Source: Leucoraja ocellata (Eukaryota). Taken from it: a stretch of 64,000 bases of DNA. The DNA lies in contig JAWMAR010000008.1 of NCBI GenBank assembly GCA_036785375.1, forward strand, positions 3,410,001-3,474,000. The letters run 5' to 3'. Of this stretch, positions 1 to 12,364 are shown one piece after another. The notes under the pieces were generated by a model. The model did no database searches. It saw nothing but the letters and a program-made list of their open reading frames with translations, and had not been told where the DNA came from. Numbering within the stretch: the first letter of the stretch is position 1; every line of letters begins with the position of its first letter. The translations under genes were made by a program, and so were the position numbers.

Positions 1-470
1 TAAACTGAATAAAAAACAATATTTTAAATATCTACAGATATGTGATTTTATGAAGAAATATATACAAAGATTTCAAATTATAATTTTAGATCCACTGGAA
101 GAAGCAATGAATATTAAGGCTGACTCACAAAAATTAATATCATATCTATATAACAGTATTTTAAATAGAAAATTACCATCAACAGAGGCACTTAGAGAAG
201 ATTGGGAACAAGAATTAATGATAAAAATCTCGAAAGAAACGTGGGAAAAGTATTTGATATGTATACATAAATGTTCGATTAATGCTAGTCACAATTTAAT
301 TCAATTCAAAATACTACATAGACTATTATTCAAAAATTAGGCTGAATAAATTTTACCCAAATATTTATCCCATCTGTGATAAATGTCTCTCAAAATGCCA
401 ATATTCTTTTGTTTCTTGTACAAAACCTCACAAATTTTGGTGTGATATTTTTGATATATTCAAAAATTTA
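1..470 (+). mobile_element. L1/Tx1-clade LINE ORF2 C-terminal fragment (decayed)
   Basis: ORF 50-340 reads WEQELMIKISKETWE...LIQFKILHR, followed by a frameshifted RLNKFYPNIYPICDKC...SCTKPHKFW. This is typical of the post-RT zinc-knuckle region of fish L1/Tx1 elements. Confidence 0.75.
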
Positions 471-1789
471 TTGCCTGACTTGCTAAGAATTTCCAAGAAT
501 TTATAATTTTCCTCATATTTGCAGCAACCACAATGTTTTGGTTTTGCATTTCCTGGTTCAGAGGCCGTATGCAGAATTACAGATGTCAGCTCAGCAGAGC
601 CTTTCAAAATATATCTCATACTACAACCCCCTTCAACATCATATGCACCAATATTTAACTACTACTTTTTTACAATTTTTACATCTCAGACTACCATTTA
701 CATTATAGTCTGGATATTTAAACTCTGATTCAAAATCTGGGATAGCAGTGTTAAATGGAATAACCTTTTATCAATGTTGTATAAAAGCAATTTATTAGCA
801 GCCAAAAATGCCAATAAATGAATCCAGCAACTCCAGTCCAATTTGATGAATCAATCTTTGGCGTAATCATTTTCACTGGTGATTTTAAGGAACAAATTAA
901 GCAAAGATTTCTTGTTTATACATTTGTTATACACGTCTGGTGAAATGTAAAAGGAATTACAATTATTTTGTAGACGATGTGGATGGCGAATGCAAAAAAA
1001 AATTAAAATACAGTTTTGCAAAGAACGATTGCTGCATTGGGTAAGAAATGTTGCCAGAATAAATTATCATGATTAACAGCTTCACATGGTAGAACGGGAT
1101 TTCCCAGGAGGAAGAATGCCATGTGAGAAGGTAACTAGTCCAAATACAAATTGAGATTTAATTCACCAGAAGGGTACTATTTGATCATATGCTTAATACA
1201 ATAAGGTTATTAAAGAAGGATCATGCCAGAATAGTAATAGATATATATGATTATAGATTACTAGAGTCGCCATATTCTGGCGCCATTTACAAAAGGACCA
1301 GAGTCCAGTCCATGCGCTCGATGAACTGGATGTATTTTAATTTAAAGAAAAAATAAAAAATAATTTCGTACATCAGTCAGTAAAACTACTACTGGATAAG
1401 AAGAGAAACAAAATGTTTTTTTGCAAAAGGAACTCATTCCTTTAAACCTCATCTCATAAGTTGATTTGACATAGGAAGGACGTAAAATTGAATTCCGGTA
1501 ATGGTATGCTTTACTTACAGATGTTATTAATCTGAATAACTGTATTTGCGGGAATGGGTCCAACAAGACAAAGTGTATAGCCATCTTATCATGACAGCAT
1601 TAAATGCAAAATGTAAACTTAATGAAATGGAAGAAATTCACTCTTGCCGTATGAATTACTCTTACTGACGAAAAGGTTTTTCATTTTTATGAAATGGGGA
1701 TGATTATAGTAATAAGAAAAAGAATAGAGGTGAATGACTAAAGAAGCATACAGTGAATTGGATTAAAATATCAATGGACATTCTTCACT

Positions 1790-2540
1790 GAAATGTGGTT
1801 TGTTATTCTTGATGGTAATTGGTACCAGGACTATTAATTAATGATTTGGACAAGTATACAGTTACAAATCTCAAATTGTGGAGTACAGAGGCAAATAGAT
1901 AAATTATGGGTCTATGTCCCAAACATTATGGAGGGCACAGTAGTTGGGGAAATATGTACAAAGTTCATTGAAAGACTAAAGCTGGTTGGAAAAAGTAGTG
2001 AGGAAACGATGTGGGATCCCAGGTTAACAAGGAAAACAAAGGCAAGGGGGTCATTATATCTTGTTTTAAACTGGTTTGGCCATATATTGTGTATTGTTCA
2101 GGGTGCAACAGTTTAGGGAAGATGTGAAAGCTTTGTAGAAAGTTTTGAGGAAAATTACCAACATTATTTCAGGTGTGAGGAACTTTCGTTTTTTGCAGAT
2201 TGGAGAAATTGAGGTTGTTCGTAAAACAGGAGGATGAGGGGGGAGTTCTGGTGAAGCTATTTAAAATTGTAAACAATATGGAAAGAAACTGGTTCCGTTA
2301 GCAATTGGGTCAAGAAAAAGAATGAGGGTGATTTGGCAAAAGAATAAAGTGACATGAAAACATATTTTGACACAGGACGGTTTGGTCTAGATTGCACTGG
2401 TGGGAATAGTAGTGAAGGCAGGGTCAATTGCAATTGTAAAGGAAGTTGGATGAGTATATGAAAGGATAGCATTTGCAGGGCTATCGTGAGAGGGTGGGAA
2501 ATGGGACACTGGATTGCTCTGGCATCAACCCATTATGGAC
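1790..2540 (+). mobile_element. Ancient, highly decayed CR1-like LINE 3' part
   Basis: Degenerate CR1 RT and 3' motifs (attaatgatttgga; tgtattgttcagggtgca; taaaggaagttggatgagtatatgaaagg; tgcagggctat). Boundaries are approximate. Confidence 0.45.
1859..1940. mobile_element. Tc1 mini-remnant (TA-CAGT fused to the last ~80 bp of the right TIR, then TA)
   Basis: Matches the terminal TIR of the Tc1 copies ending at 30172 and 62485 (ttacaaatctcaaattgtggagtacagaggcaaa...ttatggagggcac). TA at 1857-1858 and 1941-1942. Confidence 0.75.
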
Positions 2541-3832
2541 TTTAGCAGCAAATGGCCCCCAGTGCTGTAACCACTGTATTCTGTTTTCTCAGCAAAGTTT
2601 GTTCAGTTGCAAGCTGGACACAGTAGAAGGGCTTATGAAATATTTCCTCAAGCATATAAAAAAAAGCTCCGGCCATCACCTTTCCTATGAAAACCTAGTG
2701 AATGCCATTTGCTTGTATTATACTATTTTTCAATGTATAATCCCATTAATTATAGTACTTTGAGTGGGACATTGCAGTACACTTTAATCTATGCCATGTT
2801 TTTTTCCATTTTTTTCCAATGAAGAGTAATTCTGAAACACTCTCAAACATTTCCAATCATTGTAAGATTTGGCACAATTCATGCATTTGCTTCCATTTAA
2901 CCACAATTTGGAAAGTGTTTTAATTTCATTTCATAAGTAAATTTTACAAAAAGAAATATATATGAGTGATCAATTAAATCACAACAGATTATTTTGTGCT
3001 TAACTTCAGAGGTTATGGCATCAGATTAATTATGTGGTTTGGAGATCATGGAAGCTTGATCCATCGTAAACTGTTGGACAATTTATAAATACAGGATTAG
3101 TGTTTCTCAAAAGCAAACCTTTCCATTTAAAATTATGCTGCAGTATTTGGATCGAAATATACAGAGCGACCTCCAGGTTAGTAATGCGAGGATCCATCAG
3201 CCTCTCTCACTCCATCTGAGAATGAAAATTACAGCCACTTCTGGCTCTCCTGTTAACTCCGGCTCTTGCCAATTGCCACAGAAAGTAGAAATTTTGAATT
3301 GTCTCCATAATATGTAGGAACATGTTGCAAATATTTCAGTCAAATACATAATTTGCTTCTCGATTTGGATCAATTATGAAAATGTTTGAAGCTGGGATTC
3401 TAAGAAGTAATTGCTGTGACCTTTTTTATTACAGTTTAAAACTAACTGCAGATTGAATATTAAATTGTGCATACATTATTTCAATCTCTCAGATATCCAG
3501 ATTTATGGGCTGTTTGCTTCTTAATGGTTCTTACATAAAAACCCTCTAATTTTCACAAGATAGTAACAAGTTCCTTCACAAATATGTGAATTTTTCTGGA
3601 GGAGGCTTTTGAACTAATTTGATATTCTAGGGTATAGTCAAAGTAATAGATATTCAACCAGCATAGAACATATTGAACCATGGAATACTAGCGATATGGT
3701 TCATTAGATGCAAGTATGAAGTTAAAGAGACAAATGGTGTACTGCCCTTTAATGCAATAAGATTGTAGTACAGTAATAAGTCATGATAAGATTATATGTG
3801 GCTTTTATGAAATTACATTTGAACTACTGTGT

Positions 3833-5475
3833 ATGGCCCAACTTGCCCAAAATTGGCCAACATTTCCCAGCTACACTAGTCCCACTTGCCTGCGTTTGGT
3901 CCATATCCCTCCACAGCTGTCGTATCCATGTACCAGTCTAACTGTTTCTTAAATGTTGTGATAGTCTCAGCCTCAACTACCTCTGGCTGCTTATTCCACA
4001 CACTCACCACCCTTTGTGTGAAAATATTACCCCTCAGATTCCTATTAAATCTTCTCCACTTCACCACTTCACCTTAAACCTATGGTCCTCGATTCACCTA
4101 CTCTGGGCAAAAGGCTCTGCATCTAAACGATCTATTCCTCACATGATTTTATACACCTTTATAAGATCACCCCTCATCCTCCTGCACTCCAAGAAATAGA
4201 GTCACAGCCTATTTAACCTCTCCTAATAGCTCACACCCTCTAATCATGGCAACATCCTCGTAAATCTTCTCTGTACCCTTTCCAGCATGACAACAACTTT
4301 CCTATAACATGGTGCCTAGAACTGAACACAAGACTTTAAATGCAGTCTCACCAATGTCTTATACAACTGCAACATGACCTCCCAACTTCTATACTTAATA
4401 CTTGGACTAATGAAGGCAAAAGTGCCAAAAGCCTTTTTGACCTGCTTATCTACCTGAGACTTGACCTTCAAGGCACTCCTAGATTCCTCTGCTCTACAAC
4501 GTTCCCCAGAGCCCTACCATTCGCAGTGTAGGTCCGGCCCACGTTAGACTTCCCAAAATGCAACACCTCACATTTCTCTGAATTAAATTCCATCAACCTT
4601 ACCTCAGTCCACCGGGCCAATCGGTCAAGATCCTGCTGTAATTTTTCACAACCATCTTCACTATCTGCAAAACCACCCACTTTTCTATCATCAGCAAACT
4701 TGCTAATCTTGCCATGTATGGTCTCATCCAAATCATTGATGTAGATGACAAACAGTTACGGGCCCATCACCGAACCCTGAGGCACACCACTAATGACAGG
4801 CCTCCAGTCCGAGAAGCAACCTTGCACCATCACCCTCTACTTCCTTTCCTTAAGCCAATTTCTATCCATTCAGCTATCTCTCCTTGGATCCGATTCTAAC
4901 CTTCCAGAGCAGTCTACCATGTGGAACCTTGTTGAATGCCTTACTGAAATCCATGTACACATCATCTACAGCTGCCCTCATCAACCTTTTTGGTCACGTC
5001 TTCAGAAAATAATCAGATTTGTGAGAGACGACCTCTCACGTACAAAACCATGCTGACAATCCATAATCAGCCTTTATTTATCCAAATGCCTGTATATCCT
5101 CTCTCTCTAGTAACTAGATTACTCTCTAGTAACTTTCTGACTACAGATGTTCTCACTGGCCTATAGTTCCCAGCATTTTCCCTGCAGCCCTTCTTGAATA
5201 GAGGCACCCTACAGTCTTCCGGCATCTCTCCTATATTTAAAGATGACTCGTAAATTTCAACCAGGGTTCAGGCAATTTCTCTCGTTTCCTACAATGTCCT
5301 CTGATATATCTGATCAGGCCCTGGAGATTTGCCTACCTTCATACATGATAGTACCTTCAGCACTTTGACCGTAAAACTAACTGCTCTCAAGACACTTCCA
5401 TTGACTTCCGCAAGTTCCTCCGTCCTCCTGTCTTTCTCCTCAGTAAATACAGATTAGAAATACTAGTTGAGGATG
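3833..5475 (-). mobile_element. CR1 LINE 3' half (RT to tail), nested in an older + strand CR1 relic (~3700-3832 and ~5476-5660)
   Basis: Minus-strand ORFs ISKFADDRKVGG...LQQDLDRL...FNSEKCEVLHFG and NIFTQRVVSVWN...GYGPNAGKWD. Confidence 0.9.
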
Positions 5476-6107
5476 GTTTAGGCCACCATATCCAGAAAGG
5501 ATGTATTTGTCATTCAGTAAAATTTACTAGATTGATTTGGGGTCTGACAGAATTATCCTATGGAACTAGGATAATAAGATCCTACACCCAATGGAATTTA
5601 AAAGAATGAGATGCAATCACTAATAAATGCATGATTCTGAGAAATAGTTTCCTGTAGCTGGATAATCCTTATTTAAGAATATATGATAACCCCTCCATAA
5701 TGAAGATCATCCTGATGGCCCATCTTTAAAATAGCCTTCAATTAAATATATTTTCTTAAATAGGACTAAAATTGACGTATCTTAGTATGCATCAGTAAGA
5801 TTTCTTTATTTTTATGCTGTAACTACCCCCCACCCCTTCAAACAAGAGCTTGTATTAGCGTCCCCCTATTATGTGTGCACTTTTGTGCTGGCTGTCTGTA
5901 TTTCAAGCCCCCTCCCAAATCCTGTCATGTGGAAGAACTCAAAATGTTTTTCTCAATTTAAATAATGCTCTTCTCTTCTGTTGTACCTTCCAAAACAAAC
6001 AACTTAAAGGAGTAGTAGAGGTTGAAGGAAAAATCTGCCTGAAGGTGTTAAGGGAATTTCTCCAATTACATTTAAAAAAGTAACTTATATGAGCACTTAA
6101 AGTAACA

Positions 6108-7665
6108 CAGTGCATTCAGAAAGTATCAGACCCCTTCACTTTTTCCACATTTTGTTGCATTACAGCCTTATTCTAAAATGGATTAAATTCATATTTTCAA
6201 TCATCAATCTACACACAATACCCTTAATAAAAAAAACAAAAACAGGTGTTTAGACATTTTTGCAAAGTAATTAAAAAGAAATAACTGAAATATCACATTT
6301 ACATAAGTATTCAGACACTTTATTCAGTACTTTGTTGAGGCACCTTTGACAGTGAGTACAGCCTCAAGTCTTATTGGGTATGACACTGCAACCTTGGCAC
6401 ACCATTCTTCTCTGCAGATCCTCTCAAGCTCTGTCAGGTTGGATGGGGAGTGTCGATGCACAGCTATTTTCAGGTCCCTCCAGAGAAGTCCGGGCTCTGG
6501 CTGGGTCACTCAAGGACAGTCAAGGACAGTCACAGACTTGTCACAAAGCCACTCCTGCATTGTCTTGGATGTGTGCTTAGGGTCGTTGTCCTGTTGGAAG
6601 GTGAACCTCCGGCCCAGTCTGAGGTCCAGAATGCTCTGGAGCAGGTTGTCATCAAGGATCTCTCCGTTCATCTTTCCCTCGATCCTGACTAGTCTCCCAG
6701 TTCCTGCCACTGAAAAACGTCCCCACAGCATGATGCTTCCACCACCATGCTTCACCTTAGGTATGGTATTGGCCAGGTGATGAGCAGTGCCTGGTTTCCT
6801 CCAGATGTAATGCTTGGCATTCAGGTCAGAGTTCAATCTTGGTTTCATCAGACCAGAGAATCTTGTTTCTCATTCCTTTTGACAAACTCCAAGCGGGCTG
6901 TCATGTGTCTTACTGAGGAGTGGCTTCCGTCTGGCCACTACCATAAAGGCCTGATTTGTGGAGTGCTGCAGATTTGGTTATCCTTCTGGAAAGTTCTCCC
7001 ATCACCACAGAGGAACTCTGGAGCTCTGTCAGAGTGACCATCAGGTTCTTGGTCACCTCCCTGACCAAGGCAGTTTTCCCCCGATTGCTCAATTTGGCCG
7101 GGCGGCCAACTGTATGAAGAGTCCTGGTTGTTCCAATGTTCTTCCATTTAAGAACGAGAGGCCACTGTGCTCTTCGGAACCTACAATGCTGCTGAAATTG
7201 TTTTATACCCTTCCCCAGATCTGTTACGACACAATCTTGTCACGGAGGTCTACGGACAATTCCTTCGTCTTCATGGCTTGGTTTTTGCGTTGACATGCAC
7301 AATTGGTGCAGGAGTAGGCCATTCGGCCCTTTGAGCCAGCACTGCCATATACTGTGATCATGGCTCATCATCCACATTCAGTACCCTGTTCCTGCCTTCT
7401 CACCGTGTACTCTGACCGCTATCAACTGTGGGACCTTATATAGACAGGTGTGTGCCTTTCCAAATCATGTCCAATCAATTTAATTTACTACTGCTGGACC
7501 TATGCTCAATTTTGAGTGTCATAGCAAAGGGTTTGAATACTTATGTGATATTTCAGTTATTTATTTTTAATTACTTTTCGCTTCTTCATTCTGGGGTATT
7601 GTGTGTAGATTGATGATTAAAAAAATAATAATTTTATACATTTTAAAATAAGGCTGTAAAGTTAC
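6108..7665 (-). mobile_element. Tc1/mariner IR-DR type transposon, decayed transposase, right TIR truncated
   Basis: TIR starts CAGTGCATTCAGAAAGTATCAGACCCC, with an internal DR (aagtattcagac ~6306). Minus-strand ORFs [12 protein letters not shown]...[12 protein letters not shown] and LWRDLKIAVHR...KGASTKY. Mirror TIR at ~7505-7665. Confidence 0.92.
7301..7420 (-). mobile_element. CR1 3'-tail fragment inserted in the Tc1
   Basis: ggtgcaggagtaggccattcggcccttt-gagccagc...gatcatggctcatc interrupts the Tc1 between tgacatgcac and tcaactgtggg. Confidence 0.8.
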
Positions 7666-7994
7666 AAGTCCCAAGCATCGGTTTTATTTATGTTCGACCA
7701 TTCTATTGTTGAAGAAATTCAGTAAAAGACCACGGTTTGGAGAATTGGTCTGATTTATCAGCCAAAACAAGCCTTATTTTTTCTAAATGTAGTGTCTCGG
7801 TCATTTGTGTGATCCACATCTTCATTGTGGGAACTGTTATCTTTGCCCGAGCTATTATTTGTCGCATCCTTCCATCCTAATAGTGTGTTGCATCAGATGC
7901 CTGCCACCCTGGCCATTCTACCTTCTGCAGCTCTTTTATCCCTTCTACCTTCCACTGCTTCCCCTTGGTTATCAGACTGGTCAACCAATCACCT

Positions 7995-8428
7995 CCTGCA
8001 GCCATCAGGCTATTAAACACGACAACAAATACGTTCTGAACTACAATCGACTATTATTATTATTATTGCACTATAATTGTCTGTTTATTGAGTGTGTAAA
8101 ACTTTTTTTTCTCCCGTTATGTAGTTTACATATTCTGTTGCGCTGCAAGAATTTCATTGTTCTATTTGGGACGTATGCAATAAAACACACTTGATTCTTC
8201 CAGGAGGTGCTGTCATGTACTATTAGCTCCCCCTTATTCACTTATTCTGTTATTGCACTATAGTATTTTGCACCACTTCATTACACCTTTGCATCATTCT
8301 GCTATTTTGTATTTGTTGATGTATGTGTTGTTTCAATCATCATCATGTATACTTTGTACAGTGACTTTATGTGAACGAGGAATGTCATTGCACCTCATGT
8401 ATAAACAATAAACAAGTCTGAATCCGAA
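7995..8428 (+). mobile_element. Rex1/Babar-like LINE 3' tails (two adjacent remnants)
   Basis: gccatcaggctattaaac; (tat)n; aagaatttcattgt...gcaataaa; a second aatgtcattgca...acaataaa followed by tctgaa repeats. Confidence 0.5.
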
Positions 8429-8529
8429 GATCATTTCAGGGTTTCAAACAATTCACTCGCGCGTTGGTAGTCAACAGAAATGTCGTTCTTCCCCAGATCC
8501 AGGCAGAAGCTGTAGGCTGGAATCTTGAG

Positions 8530-8626
8530 CAAAACACAAAGTGCTGGAGGAACTCAGCAGGTCAGGCAGCTTCTGTGGGGAGAATGGACAGTCTACGTTT
8601 CGTGTCGGGACTCTTCTTCAGACTGA
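8530..8626 (-). mobile_element. Penelope-derived terminal (pLTR) fragment with minimal hammerhead core
   Basis: Minus strand reads agtCTGAAGAagagtcccgacacGAAAcgta, followed by the family's gaagctgcctgacctgctgagttcctccagca block. Confidence 0.7.
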
Positions 8627-8689
8627 GTGACTGGAGCATTGTGAACATCCACTGAAGCGTCCTGCTTTACCCTGGGTCCAACTCCAGGA

Positions 8690-9960
8690 TCCAGTGCGGC
8701 CTCGCCGGCCGCTATACATCAAAGATCCTATATCTTTGCTAAACATCGTTGTAACCACACTTGCTAATAGGCTAGACGTTGGCCGCTGGCTTCCGCGATC
8801 AAAGGAAATGCAGGCATGGACTATCAAGCCCAGTTCTGGGCACTGATAGACAGACGGAGGAACCAAACAGACCGCAGACTGAGGCCATGACTCCCACCCA
8901 TCAGTCGCTGCCGTCCAATCAATCCATCCGCCCGACCTTCGGAATCGCGGAGGCTTCATTCGCTGCGTACATAAACAATCTTTCTTTCTAATTCAAAAAA
9001 TCAAAACTTGGCGTCCACAGAAGCCACGACATATAATATGCAATATAATGTTATGGTCGATCCAAATCTAAATTGTTTTCTTCCTGTACGTCGCCGCTTA
9101 ATCGATGGTTCCAACCTTTGACCTTCATCGCAAACCCGCGCTCGAGCCGCAGTTGAAGGTTTGATGGGCAGCGGCTCCACCCAATGAGAGGGCGGGGCGC
9201 GTTCATGGTGGGCGACGCGGGTGTCCGGGCGGCCAATGGTAGTGTGGGTGGGCGGGTGCTTCCGGCGGCGGGACGGGCTGCGCGGCGGCGGGAGACGAGC
9301 AGCTGCCGGTGTGGAGCGCGGCTGCCGTGGAATCCCGCCATTTTTGAACTCTCCAGTTGAAGCGAGCGACCAGTCTGCGCCCCCCCCCCCGGGTTGTTTT
9401 CATCACCGCAGTCGGGACGGCTGAGATCGGATAGGCCCTTGACGCCCGGCCCCCGTCTTCCCCGGAGCCGGTCAGCCGGCCGGCCGGCGCCCACAGAGGA
9501 CCATGGCGCCGCTGCTGGGCAGGAAGCCATTCCCGCTGGTGAAGCCGCTTACCGACATAACGTCAGAGGAGACCATCTACGTGATCGAGCACAGCGGCGA
9601 AGGGTTCAGGAGCAACGAGTATCCTTAAATCTGTTCCTGGCAACACAGGGTGTCGGCGTCGGGGGAAAGACGGCATCCACCTCCCCAGGGACTGTGGGCT
9701 CGGGGCAAGCGCCGGCGTTGATGCTTGTCTGGGCCGGGCAGGAGTTCCCACAGCTGTGGCGAAGCGGCAGTGATTGAGGGTCCTGTCACACCGCCTGTCA
9801 GTGATGGTGCATCAGCCCCGATCCGTTCTCTGGTCCCGTTCAGTGACAGGACTCTTGTGTTTTAAACTCTGCAATTTCGTCATTGGCGAGAAGCTCGGTC
9901 GGGCCAAGCTGGGCCTACTCGCCGATAGCTTTCCACGGAGATCCTAGAGGAGACGGTGTG
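8690..9960 (+). promoter_or_regulatory. CpG-island, TATA-less housekeeping promoter of BAZ1B
   Basis: CpG-dense island spanning exon 1. CCAAT at 9181-9185 and 9233-9237, GC boxes at 9190-9195 and 9250-9255, ETS-like CTTCCGG at 9259-9265, YY1-like CCGCCATTTT at 9335-9344. Kozak context accATGG. Confidence 0.85.
9503..9618 (+). CDS. BAZ1B: BAZ1B/WSTF coding exon 1 (start of WAC domain)
   Basis: MAPLLGRKPFPLVKPL... matches the WSTF N-terminus. Ends in phase 2 at GA|GTATCCTT. Confidence 0.97.
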
Positions 9961-11197
9961 TCAGGCTTCAATCATGTCGCAAAATTAGTGTGTGGGTGGC
10001 ATGGAGTTCACTATTGAACTGATTTTAGCGCCGTTCCATTTCTTGCCGTTTGCGAATGTTATCCTTGCTTTTTCTGCTAAGCCAATGATCTTGATCTTTC
10101 CAACTTTCTTGCTCCGATATTAAAGATCATTTTGAATTTGTGCTGGAGTAATATGCAACACGTAAACTGATAAAATTGCGATTCTGGAAATAAAGAAAAT
10201 CAAAGCCAATTGCAAGTCATTCAAATCTGAAAACTTGAGGCTTATAATAGCTAATAAGCACAAATGCCTAGAAATTTACTGATATGGGATTATTGTTTAC
10301 GTCTCCAGAGAATGCCTAGGAGAGGATTCCTGCTGAGAATTCCTAACACCTGGTGTACCTTTAGGATGTTTGTGGCCTTGTGACGCAATTTATCTGCAGT
10401 ATTTTCATATTGACAACCTTTTCATATATTAAGAGAGTTTCAAAGCAAATGTTCAAGAATGCTATTAAATATTTCTGCAGTTTTTAACTTAGGCAGACTA
10501 TTCCGAGTCTCTGTCGTTGAACCCTTTGTTGTGAATTTGATAATCTATTTAAATGTCTGCTGGATTTACCAATCCCATTAGTTTCTAAAGTCTTAGTAGC
10601 AGCATCTCTTTTGTGATTGATCTGCTGGATGTTCTGGCCCTTTCTGATTGTGAAGGCCTTTTCTGATTGTGGACACAGAGTTTTGGAAGAGTAAGTAGAA
10701 TAGAACTGAAATAAGTTCTTATCTTGTTACTTTACTTAATGTAGACTTTTCCTATTCTTTGTTGTTGAACCCTTTATAGTGAATTTGGTAATTAATTAAG
10801 TGAAAAGTTAATTTAGATGCTCTTGCAGCTGGTTACTATGGTTATGCTCAGTTTTTGTCTTCTAAGGGCTTAGGCCATTATAGGCTTTATGCAATGTGCC
10901 CTAGAGAACACATTGTCATTACATAAGTTCAACCATTTATGTAACCTAGTGTAACAAAATCACGGTGACATCTGTTTACATATGCTGTTAAAGATTTTTA
11001 TGAAGTTTTTTTTTAATTTGAATACATGTGTGCCTTCTAGAGATTGAATGGCAATGTGTAAGGGCAGCATTGCAATTCTTCTTAAGTTCTGCCTTGTAAA
11101 GGCTGAGATAATTCGTATTGATTTCTTGTTCGCAGTTTGAGTTCCAGCATTTCATGTCGGAGATTACGCAATAGTGAATATACTTATGAATAGAATG

Positions 11198-11720
11198 TTA
11201 AGAAAGAACTGCAGATGCTGGTAAAATCAAAGATAGACACAAAATGCTGTAGAAACTCAGCGGGTGAGGCACATCTATGGAGAGAAGGAATTGGCGATGT
11301 TTCCAGTTGAGACCCTTCTTCAGACTTTTTTAAAGTGGGTAGAGAACCAATCGGGGGAGTTCAAGAGGTGGGGGTACGTTGGAGACGAGAGAAGGGGTCA
11401 TCACTGGGTGGCGAGGACTCCTTCCCATTGGAAAAGGCATGGAGATGAAGGAAGAAGAGCTCCACATCGTGGCGGACCCAGAACTCGTTGAGGTGGGGGC
11501 GGAGGGGAACATAGGTGAGGCCTCTGCTGAGGACAGGCTGTTCCATATCAGAGAGGGGAAGGTCGGGGGATGGTGAACACACGACAAGGATGGGGGTTGG
11601 GGTCGGAGGAAGGCAGGTGAGTGGAAGGAGGCCGAGGCGATGTCTGGTGGGGATGGTGGGTGTTTAGAGAGGAAGGGGCATGGGGTCTATTGTATGGGTG
11701 GAGAGTTGGGGGTCTACCTC
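11198..11720 (-). mobile_element. Penelope-like element fragment (ORF N-terminus joined to terminal repeat) with 12-bp TSD
   Basis: Minus-strand PDLPLSDMEQPVLSRGLTYVPLRPHLNEF (PLE N-terminal LSxGLxFxP motif). pLTR block at 11198-11326. TSD atgaatagaatg at 11186-11197 and 11721-11732. Confidence 0.85.
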
Positions 11721-12094
11721 ATGAATAGAATGACAGTTTGACATATCTGCATTGGAGGAAGGAAATGTTTGCTGTGGTGAACTTATTTTAATTAATCAGT
11801 GTTTGTTTACAAATGGTCGTAACATGTTGTTTATCTTTAGATTTCTCACCTGAGATTTTCAGTGGTAGATTTCAGCAAACTATTAGCTCAGTTTGTTTTA
11901 CAGAACAATAATTTTTTTACTTGCGCTTTAATTGAAGCTTGTACCAACTTTGAGACCTCATCTTTCTGAGCATTGCTATCTATGCTTGTGTGGCACAGTG
12001 GATGGTGCAGGAGGTCTCAAGACAGGAGTGAGGAAACATAGTTTTTTTTTTTAAAGGGACATGTTACATGTGTTCTTAGAATAAAAGGAAGGTT

Positions 12095-12364
12095 ATTAAA
12101 CCTGAGGTGAGCAAAAACTTTTTCACCCAGAGAGTTGTGAATTTATGGAATTCCTTGCCACTGAGGGCAGTGGAGGCCAAGTCACTGGATGGATTTAAGA
12201 GAGAGTTAGATAAAGCTCTAGGGGGCTAGTGGAGTCAAGGGATATGGGGAGAAGGCAGGCACGGGTTATTGATAGGGGACGATCAGCCATGATCACAATG
12301 AATGGCGATCCTGACTCGAAGGGCCGAATGGCCTCCTCCTGCACCTATTTTCTATGTTTCAATG
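12095..12364 (+). mobile_element. CR1 3' end
   Basis: ttttcacccagagagttgtgaatttatggaattcc...gcacctattttctatgtttc tail; same subfamily as 60173-61727. Confidence 0.85.

Noticed and set aside
1-8600. 3' exons of BCL7B, the upstream neighbour in amniotes
   Set aside because: No recognisable BCL7B coding sequence; the region is mostly transposon relics.
8618-9777. Several 60-160 aa ORFs across the promoter
   Set aside because: Expected from stop-codon scarcity in a CpG island; the true frame is the 116-nt exon 1, which the ORF track missed.
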